NCBI GenBank assembly: GCA_042216675.1
Contig: JBDGTS010000007.1
Coordinates: forward strand, 1-64,000
Direction of reading: 5' to 3'
DNA: 64,000 nucleotides
From: Halobacteriaceae archaeon
Lineage (GTDB): Archaea > Halobacteriota > Halobacteria > Halobacteriales > Halobacteriaceae
Below the pieces are notes generated by a model. The model saw only the letters and a list, made by a program, of their open reading frames with translations. It had not been told where the DNA came from and did not search any database. A program made the translations under genes and the position numbers. Every line of letters begins with the position of its first letter. The stretch's first letter is position 1. This document shows, piece by piece, positions 57,801 through 64,000 of this stretch.

Positions 57801-58023
57801 CGAGGTGGCGACCCGCTGGGAGCGAGACGGCGACGCCCTCGACGTGTCGGTGACGGTGCCGTGGAATCTCACCGCCGCGGTCCACCTCCCCGACGACGCG
57901 GTAACGGTGAACGGCGACGCGCCGAGCGACGCTTCGGCGGTCCATGAGGTGACCGAGGGCGGGGCGACGCTCCACCTCGGGCCGGGCGAGCACGCGATAC
58001 GGGCGGGAACCGACACCCAATAG
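54862..58023 (+). CDS. Alpha-L-rhamnosidase (GH78) with internal discoidin-like insert
   Basis: VWDSGRV, DFGQN, FTYHGFRY, PTDCPQRDER, GFLGT, GATTVWERW and NSRNH. The GTG start has a TATA-like tract about 30 bp upstream. Confidence 0.92.
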   Translation: MSATPPAPTGLRVDGRTDDPTIPATPHFGWRVDDPDWGDEQTAYRVRVARSPDGPLVWDSGRVESADSTDVSYDGPALDSDARYWWTVRVWNDDGERSARSDPASFRTAPETPWAGDWIGPDGDTNGFRTRFEDPDDAPWVAVDVGEQTPISEIALHPTEPFGGPETPDGKTLTAQDTEETYRDTTVAQGPVAFGFPDTYRVEVADDADFADAETVVEADGADVRRDPAEHEVEAVGRYVRVVATDPDVVGGDDDRLREERRDWSVLALAALEVRDGSGADAARGRPVTPSSSVESEAWGATHLTNGVTESRFGEGSPRLRREVTLSKRVASAHVHVAALGYGELYLNGEKVGDSVLDPGWTDYTERVLYRTYDVTDHLSAGENALGLWLGRGWFAKPVRQWPAVGAPRATLRLTVEYADGTTRTVTTGPDWRLGPSPVTENDIYDGESYDARREEPGWATPGFDDGHWESTPVVTAPDGELYPQQTPPIRVTERREPVEVTARDGGHVVDFGQNLTGWVELTVRGADAGDELTVSHAEALNDDGSLQTVDLRTAEATDTYVARGDDAETYAPRFTYHGFRYARIEGYPGDLDPADVTAEVVHTDFDDTGRFACADADLNAVQENARWGLRSNAHSVPTDCPQRDERQGFTGDGHLAGGALHYNFGAGRFHEKFARDHADAQSAHGYVPSKMPHGSQPAMTDPTWTYSLLDVPWRTYCHDADARSLRALYPRFARYVAYYRDVGDPLLPERFSSYGDWVALENADGRVGKPVDLFTNAYHYRALDVAARVADALGTDDAERYRAAAEEVAAAFVERYFDADAGSFGDTQAANAVPLALGLVPEDREADVAEALVARVRAADGHLQTGFLGTPALLRALTESGHADVAYEVASTPEKPGWVYQVRQGATTVWERWDTDERVGSRMNSRNHSPFALVSEWFYEGVAGLECSSALPRERRVDVRPGRISALDWAEAAVETPHGEVATRWERDGDALDVSVTVPWNLTAAVHLPDDAVTVNGDAPSDASAVHEVTEGGATLHLGPGEHAIRAGTDTQ

Positions 58024-58047
58024 GCCCTGCGAGCCGACGGCTGGGGC

Positions 58048-58359
58048 ATGCCCGATGACCACCCGCTCACCGCCGTCTCGCGCGCCGTGGCCGTCCTCGG
58101 CGCGACGTATCTCACCGTCGGGTCGTTGTCGCTCGCGCGGGACCCCGGCGCGACGACGGCGCGCTACGCCCTCCTCTTGCTCATCGTCGCCCTCGCGTGG
58201 GGCGGCGTCGCGGGCGTCGTCCGCGAGGAGCGGCCGCTCTGGGCCACGTCGCTCGTCGGCTTGACGGTGCTGGCGCTGTTCAACGACATTCTCACGCAGT
58301 TCCTGTTCCCCGCGCTCGGAGCGCTGGCGCTCGGGGTGGCGCTCACCGAGGCGCGCTGA
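58048..58359 (+). CDS. Small membrane protein (4 TM)
   Basis: 103-aa hydrophobic ORF filling the gap between two convergent glycosidase genes. Confidence 0.6.
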   Translation: MPDDHPLTAVSRAVAVLGATYLTVGSLSLARDPGATTARYALLLLIVALAWGGVAGVVREERPLWATSLVGLTVLALFNDILTQFLFPALGALALGVALTEAR

Positions 58360-61032
58360 CTACCGCGTGAGCAGTTTGTCGCGGAGCGGTCCCGACAGCA
58401 CCGCGTCGGGGTCGAAGTCGTCGGAGGCCGCGTAGGACAGAAGCGACCGGCGGAGTTGGTCCGCCGCCGGGTCGTCCACCTCGGGCAGTGGGGCCGCACA
58501 GACCAACAGGCCGCCGTCGCCGGCACTCGTCTCGAACACGAAGCCGAGTTTCTGGTTCCGCTCGATGTTGTCCACCGCGCCGACTACCGGTTCGTGGTCG
58601 GCGGGCGCGTCGTCAAGGACCACCGGGCGCCCGTTCTCGACGATTCGGTACCACTGCCAGTCGGTTCGCCCGGGCGTCGGGAAGTCGGCCAGCGCCGGGT
58701 GGTCCGGGTCACAGTAGAGCCCCAGCGTCCCGGGGGGTGCCTGTCGCTTGAACAGCGTGTACGACCAGAAGTCGGGTTGGAATGACCCCGGCACCGAGTG
58801 GCGGAGGTCGTCGCCGTCGGGGAACAGCACCACCGTCTCACCGTCGGCCAGCAGTTCGCGCGTCTCCTCGTCGTAGGATTCGCTGACCGTGACGCCGTCG
58901 GGCACCGTCACCGGGTCGGTGGGGTAGGCCCACACGTCGTAGCGGTTCGACGCGTCCGCCGCGGGCACGGCGACGGACAAGTCGAGGGCCGCGGGCGCGT
59001 CGACGCCGGGGAGGTCGGCTTCGACGGTGCCCAGTTCGGCCAGCGACCCCTGTGCCACGTCGCCGGCGTCGAGAGTGCCCGACGCCACTTCGCCGTCCGG
59101 GCCGGTCAGGCGCCACTCCGCGGTCACGTCCGTCAGGTCGGCGGCGCCGTAGTGCGCGAGGTCGATGTCGGCCGTCAGCGTCTCCTCGGCGGTCCAGACC
59201 CGGGTTTCGAGACGCGCCAGCGGCACCGTCGGCGCACAGTAGTCGCGCCAGCGGGCCGGGTCCACGAGACCCTTGGACTGCATGTGCGCGTCGAGGATGC
59301 CGACGAGCGCCGTCCCCTGTCCGGGGAAGTCCTGCAGGTCGAGCAACTGGAAGCCGCCCAGTTCGGGCGTTCGGAGCGCCGCCTCCACCTCCGCGCGGTA
59401 GCAGTCGACGGCGAGTCCGCCCGACGCCCGCTGGAACCGCTCGTCCCGGCCGGCCATCCCGTGGGCTTCGAGGTGGTCGCGGGCGACGGCGAGGTTCTCC
59501 GGCCGGAACAGCGGGCCGTAGTCGCGAATCTCGTCGTAGTCGGGGTACACCTGAAACTGCCCGATTTCGTGGGTCACGACGGGCAGGTCGACCGATTCGA
59601 GGACGTCGCGGTAGTCGTCGGCGGTGTCGGGCGTGCCCTCGGCCGTCTCGTCCTTGTAGGAGCCACGGACCGGCGTCTTGCCGTCCGCGCCGTCGAGGAG
59701 GTCCGGGCTGACCGAGGCCGTTATCCAGAAGTCCTCGTTGTCGCCGGGGTGTGGGTCCCCGAGGAAGTTGTACGCCCCGTGGGCGTACAGGCGGCGGGGG
59801 TCGTGGTCCCGACACCAGTCCACGAGGTCCGCCATCGCGTCTCGGGCGCCTTGCAGTTCGTTGCCGAGGGCGAACAGCGCGAACGAGGGGTGGTTGCCGT
59901 AGGCGTCGAGGATGGCCTCCGCCTCCGCGCGGAAGAACTCGTAGCGCTCCGAGTCCGCGAACGCGTCGGCGTTGTTCCAAATCGGCAGTTCCGGCTGGAG
60001 GTACATCCCGAGTTCGTCCGCCGCCTCGAAGGCGGCCTCGGGCGGGCACCACGAGTGAAAGCGGACGTGGTTGATGCCGTACTCGCGCATCGTCCCGAGA
60101 TGGTCGCGCCACGCGCTCTCGCCCATCGGCGCGTAGCCGGTGTTCGGGAAGACACAGCAGTCCACGGTGCCGCGCAGGAACGTCGTGCGGCCGTTGACGC
60201 GGAACTGCGTACCCTCGGTCTCGACGTCGCGCACGCCGAACGTCGCCGTCTCCGCGTCGGCGTAATCGCCGGCCGTCAGGTCGACGCGCACCTCGTGGCG
60301 CGTCTGCTCGAACTCGTCCCAGCGGCCGTCGCCGGCGTCGAGCGTCACCTCCACCGTCGTCTCGCCGGGGTCGGCGGCGACGGTGACTGTCGTCTCCGTC
60401 GCGTCGTGGGCCGCGCCGCGACTCGAGGCCGCGAGCGAGAGGTCTCCCGACACCGGGCCGTCGGTGTCGTTGGCGACTGTCACCGCCACGCGCGCCGTCC
60501 CGCGCGCGGCGTCGGGGTACACCTGCACGTCAGCGACGCGGACCGGGTCGGCGGCCCGGAGTTCGATGGCGCCCAGAATCCCGTTCCAGTTCGTCTGCGT
60601 CTCCTCGGTGACCATGTGCGACCGGGCGACGCCGCGCCAGTCGAACAGGGCCGCGCCGTTGTCGACGCGGACGGTCAGGGTGTTCTCGCCGGGCGCGAGG
60701 GCGTCGGTCAGGTCGAATCTCTGCGGCGCCGAGAGGCGGCGGCTCTCCCCGACCCGCTCGCCGTTCACCCAGACTGTCGTCACGCGACTCCGTTCGAGGA
60801 CCAGTTCGACGTGCTTCCTCGCCCACCGCTCGGGCACGGTGACCGTGCGCCGGTACCACGCCTCGCCCTCGAAGGGGTAGGTGCGCGTCAGGCGGTCCTG
60901 CTCGCGGGCCTCGTTTCTCTCGCCCACGCGGTTCTCGTCCGTCGTGCCCGGCAGGCAGACCGTCTCGTCGTAGCCGTCCTCGGGGGCCTGCGAGAACTGC
61001 CACCGGCCCGCGAGCGAACGCGTCTCTGTCAC
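58360..61032 (-). CDS. Glycoside hydrolase family 2
   Basis: AWYRRTV, HVRFHSWCPPEAAF, NHPSF.LFALGNE, HEIGQ and GFQLLDLQDFPGQG; probable GTG start at 61032. Confidence 0.87.
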   Translation of the reverse strand: MTETRSLAGRWQFSQAPEDGYDETVCLPGTTDENRVGERNEAREQDRLTRTYPFEGEAWYRRTVTVPERWARKHVELVLERSRVTTVWVNGERVGESRRLSAPQRFDLTDALAPGENTLTVRVDNGAALFDWRGVARSHMVTEETQTNWNGILGAIELRAADPVRVADVQVYPDAARGTARVAVTVANDTDGPVSGDLSLAASSRGAAHDATETTVTVAADPGETTVEVTLDAGDGRWDEFEQTRHEVRVDLTAGDYADAETATFGVRDVETEGTQFRVNGRTTFLRGTVDCCVFPNTGYAPMGESAWRDHLGTMREYGINHVRFHSWCPPEAAFEAADELGMYLQPELPIWNNADAFADSERYEFFRAEAEAILDAYGNHPSFALFALGNELQGARDAMADLVDWCRDHDPRRLYAHGAYNFLGDPHPGDNEDFWITASVSPDLLDGADGKTPVRGSYKDETAEGTPDTADDYRDVLESVDLPVVTHEIGQFQVYPDYDEIRDYGPLFRPENLAVARDHLEAHGMAGRDERFQRASGGLAVDCYRAEVEAALRTPELGGFQLLDLQDFPGQGTALVGILDAHMQSKGLVDPARWRDYCAPTVPLARLETRVWTAEETLTADIDLAHYGAADLTDVTAEWRLTGPDGEVASGTLDAGDVAQGSLAELGTVEADLPGVDAPAALDLSVAVPAADASNRYDVWAYPTDPVTVPDGVTVSESYDEETRELLADGETVVLFPDGDDLRHSVPGSFQPDFWSYTLFKRQAPPGTLGLYCDPDHPALADFPTPGRTDWQWYRIVENGRPVVLDDAPADHEPVVGAVDNIERNQKLGFVFETSAGDGGLLVCAAPLPEVDDPAADQLRRSLLSYAASDDFDPDAVLSGPLRDKLLTR

Positions 61033-61072
61033 GGCTATCTCGGGCGCGGCGGCGAGCAAAAGCGTTCCGGGG

Positions 61073-62221
61073 TCAGTCCACGACGACGTGGCGCGTCCGG
61101 TTCGCTTCCACGAAGTCCCAGTCGATGTCGACGCCGAGGCCCGGTCCCTCGGGGACGGCGACGTGGCCGTCGTCGTCCACGACTTCGATTGGGGTCTCGT
61201 AGCCGACGTTGTTCGTCCACTCGAAGCCGAGTTCCGGGTGGACGAGGCCGTGTTCGAAGTAGCCGGCGTTGGGCACCGCCGAGAGCAAGTGGAGGTGTGC
61301 CGCGCCGCCGAGATGGGGTTCGAGGTCCATCCCCGCGGACTGGACGGCGTGGACCGTCTTCATCGCGCCCGTCAGGCCGCCGCCGAGGTGGGCGTCGACG
61401 CGCACCAAGTCGAGGGCGTCCTCGAACAGGTGGTCGATGGCGCCGAACGGTTCGGTGCGGGAGTGTTCGAGGCCGAGAATCGGCGTGTCCAGTTCCTCGG
61501 TGAGGCGGCGCATCGCGTAGGCGCTGTCGCCGGTGTCGCGCAGCGGGTCCTCGTACCACGCGAAGTCGAGTTCGTCCAGCACCCGGCCCACCTTCAGCGC
61601 GTCCGAGTAGCGCCGGTAGCAACTGGACGGGTCGATCATCAGCTCCATCTCGTCGCCGACGGCGTCGTCGACGGCGCGACAGATTTCGACGTCCCGGTCG
61701 GCGTCCCCCAGCGGGTGAATCTTGAACGCCGGATACCCCCGGTCGCGGCACTCGCGGGCGAAGTCGGCGTACGTCGAGGGCGTGTCGTACTCCGGGTTGC
61801 CCGACGTGGTGGAGGCGTAGGCGGGCACGCGCTCCCGCATCCGACCGCCCAGCAGTGTGGCGACGGACTCGCCGTACTTCTTGCCGGCGAGGTCCCAGAG
61901 GGCGATGTCGATGGGGCCGATGCCGAGGTGCCCCGTGTGTCTGAGCGCCCGCCGCAGGTCGAACCAGATGGCCTCACGGTTGAGGGGGTTCCGCCCCAGC
62001 AGGAAGTCCTCGGCGACGTGTTCGACCTGTGGAACGGTGAGGGCGCCGAAAATCTGGCCTCGGTACTGGCCGGTCACCCCCTCGTCGGTGTGAATCGAGA
62101 GGACGAAGGAGGTCCCTTCGGCCGTCTCGCCCGGTTCGTACACGGACTCGCCGTCCGGGCGGGTGCCGACATCTGCCTGTTCGAACGCGAACTCGTCGAT
62201 TTCGACTGCGGTGATTTCCAT
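61073..62221 (-). CDS. Enolase superfamily (MR/MLE) enzyme, probable sugar-acid dehydratase
   Basis: PIDIALWDLAGK, PAYAST, FKIH, MID, WYEDP, LGLE and PEGPGLG. Confidence 0.88.
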   Translation of the reverse strand: MEITAVEIDEFAFEQADVGTRPDGESVYEPGETAEGTSFVLSIHTDEGVTGQYRGQIFGALTVPQVEHVAEDFLLGRNPLNREAIWFDLRRALRHTGHLGIGPIDIALWDLAGKKYGESVATLLGGRMRERVPAYASTTSGNPEYDTPSTYADFARECRDRGYPAFKIHPLGDADRDVEICRAVDDAVGDEMELMIDPSSCYRRYSDALKVGRVLDELDFAWYEDPLRDTGDSAYAMRRLTEELDTPILGLEHSRTEPFGAIDHLFEDALDLVRVDAHLGGGLTGAMKTVHAVQSAGMDLEPHLGGAAHLHLLSAVPNAGYFEHGLVHPELGFEWTNNVGYETPIEVVDDDGHVAVPEGPGLGVDIDWDFVEANRTRHVVVD

Positions 62222-62321
62222 TCGGAGTGGCTCCGACGCTGGTACGTCGAAAAGCGAGTCGGTGCCACCCGGAATAAGGGTTTCCCAAAGGCTCATTTGC
62301 GCGGGCCGCGCCTCGGTTCAC

Positions 62322-63239
62322 ATGGCTGCATTCGAGGGCGTCTGCCCCATCGTCTCCACGCCGTTCGACGAGGACGGGAGCGTCGACTACGACAGTCTGG
62401 AAACGCAAATCACCGCGCTCGCGGACGGTGGCTGTCACGGCGCCATCCTCTTTGGCTTCGCCGGCGAGTTCTACAAACTCACCGAGGAGGAACAGGGCCG
62501 CATCGTGGCGCGGTCCGTCGCGGCCGCCGACGAGGCCGAGATTCCGCTCTACGTCTCCATCACGGCCCACGCGACGAGCGTCGCCGTGGACCGGGCGCGC
62601 GCCGCCGAAACTACGGGCGCCGACGGCCTGATGCTCCTCCCGCCGTTCGTCATGGGGCCGAGCGCCGACGACATCCGCGACCACATCGAGGCCGTCGGGG
62701 AGGCCGTCGACCTGCCGGTGATGGTGCAGTACGCGCCCGACAACACCGGCGTCTCCATCTCGCCGGAGACGTTCGTCGAGGTGAGCGAGTCACTGCCGAA
62801 CGTGAACCGCTACAAGGTCGAGTGTAGTCCCCCCGGCGGCTACACGACGGCGCTCCTCGACGCCGCGCCCGACGACGTGGAGGTGCTGGTGGGAAGCGGC
62901 GGCCGCGCCTTCATCGAGATGCTGGACCGCGGCGGCGTCGGCGTCGTCCCCGGCGGCGCCCTCCACGAGATTTACGTCGAAATCTACGAGCGATACGAGG
63001 CCGGCGACAGGGCCGGAGCCCTCGAACTCCACCGGGAACTGCTCCCATACCTCCAGCACATCGGCCAGACCGGCGAGATGTTCATCCACTACGAGAAGCG
63101 CCTCATCGCCGACAGGGGCTTCATCGACGACCCCACCTGCCGGGACCCCGCCTTCGACCCGGACGACTACCTCGACGACCTGTTCGCTGACCTCGCAGAC
63201 CCCCTCGTGGAGCGGGCAGAAGACCTGCGCCCGGCCTGA
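62322..63239 (+). CDS. DHDPS-family enzyme, 2-keto-3-deoxy-sugar-acid dehydratase-like
   Basis: GVCPIVSTPF, GFAGEF, GADGLMLLPP, MVQYAP and YKVE. Confidence 0.85.
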   Translation: MAAFEGVCPIVSTPFDEDGSVDYDSLETQITALADGGCHGAILFGFAGEFYKLTEEEQGRIVARSVAAADEAEIPLYVSITAHATSVAVDRARAAETTGADGLMLLPPFVMGPSADDIRDHIEAVGEAVDLPVMVQYAPDNTGVSISPETFVEVSESLPNVNRYKVECSPPGGYTTALLDAAPDDVEVLVGSGGRAFIEMLDRGGVGVVPGGALHEIYVEIYERYEAGDRAGALELHRELLPYLQHIGQTGEMFIHYEKRLIADRGFIDDPTCRDPAFDPDDYLDDLFADLADPLVERAEDLRPA

Positions 63240-63293
63240 GCCTACGCAGTTTTCGTCCCCGTTGAAGGCGCCGGCACCCGTCTCTCCGCCGAG

Positions 63294-63935
63294 ATGCTCG
63301 TGGCCTTCGACTTCGACGGCGCGCTGGCGGAGAACGACATGACCGTCGCCCTCGCGGCCGAGGCGGGCGTCGAGGACGAGGTGGCCGCCATCGCCGACAG
63401 AGCGGCGACCGGCGACGTCGACCACGCCGAGGGCATTCGGGAACGTGTCGCTCTCTTCGAGGGCCTCTCCGCGGACCGCGTCGACAGCGCGTTCGACCGT
63501 GTGAAACTCCGATCGGGCGCCGCCGACTTGCTCGCGGACCTCCGAGAAGCGGGCCACCGCGTCGCCGTCGTCTCGGAGGGCTTCGAGCGCGGCGTCGACC
63601 ACGTCTTCGCGAACCGACGCCCGCGCGTCGACGCCGACGACGTGGTGGCGAATCGCCTCGTCTTCGACGACCACGACGCCCTCATCGGCGACGTGGAGGG
63701 GCCGCTCCTCGACGGCAGTCCGGCCGACGCCCTCGACTCCATCGCCACCGCCGCCGGCGTTCCGATGACCGAGACGCTCGCGGTGGGCGGGCGCGCGTAC
63801 TCGCTCCCGATGCTACAGGCAGCCGACGACGCCGTCGGCTTCCACCCGGACGCCGTGGTCGAGGACTACGTGGACTACGTGCGCCGCGACGTGGGCCAAC
63901 TCCGCCTGCACTTCGAGGACCACGGCCTGCTATAG
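63294..63935 (+). CDS. SerB-like HAD protein with degenerate catalytic motifs
   Basis: LVAFDFDG...ERVAL..GL...ANRL...GDVEGPL follows haloarchaeal SerB, but the motif III Lys and motif IV Asp residues are absent. Confidence 0.8.
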   Translation: MLVAFDFDGALAENDMTVALAAEAGVEDEVAAIADRAATGDVDHAEGIRERVALFEGLSADRVDSAFDRVKLRSGAADLLADLREAGHRVAVVSEGFERGVDHVFANRRPRVDADDVVANRLVFDDHDALIGDVEGPLLDGSPADALDSIATAAGVPMTETLAVGGRAYSLPMLQAADDAVGFHPDAVVEDYVDYVRRDVGQLRLHFEDHGLL

Positions 63936-64000
63936 CCGCTCCGCCGCCGCCGCGTCCGCGGCCGCCCACGCGAACAGGTCGTCGGGTTCCTGCGCCTCGA
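63930..64000 (-). CDS. 3' end of a gene entering from beyond the window (partial)
   Basis: Open acidic frame EAQEPDDLFAWAAADAAAAERL-TAG, with its stop overlapping the end of the convergent SerB-like gene. Confidence 0.4.
   Translation of the reverse strand, partial: EAQEPDDLFAWAAADAAAAERL

Noticed and set aside
1-64000. CRISPR arrays, rRNA genes, IS transposases
   Set aside because: No regularly spaced direct repeats, rRNA-like segments or transposase motifs were seen, and the window is almost fully covered by identifiable genes.

Overview
GC-rich window from a halophilic archaeon (Halobacteria), judged from acidic proteins, Tat lipoproteins and a Halobacterium-type htr2-sop2 phototaxis pair. 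Positions 1-14 kb are core-like: sensory rhodopsin II and transducer, surE, an Rsm22-like methyltransferase, tyrA, an Xaa-Pro peptidase, aroA, aroC, a UDG-like gene, tRNA-Ser(TGA) and tRNA-Thr(TGT). Each tRNA is followed by a small T-arm-derived palindromic element. Positions 14-22.6 kb hold an ABC exporter with an in-frame 57-bp double-hairpin insertion, three small winged-helix regulators and a degenerate histidine kinase. They also hold a RadA-like/small protein/PolB2 operon preceded by a tandem AGTTTC box resembling archaeal DNA-damage elements, and a crcB pair. Positions 22.6-63.3 kb form a ~40-kb pectin/rhamnogalacturonan utilisation island: GH28, GH4, GH51, GH42, two GH2, GH78, a GH106-like and a beta-propeller GH, PL2, two PL22, a Tat-secreted beta-helix protein and an orphan, compositionally foreign binding protein. 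The island also encodes oxidoreductases, enolase-family and DHDPS-family enzymes, and is interrupted by a leuS gene. It is followed by a SerB paralogue that has lost catalytic motifs. No CRISPR array, rRNA, transposase or integrase was seen. All family calls come from motif recognition by eye, not from database searches.
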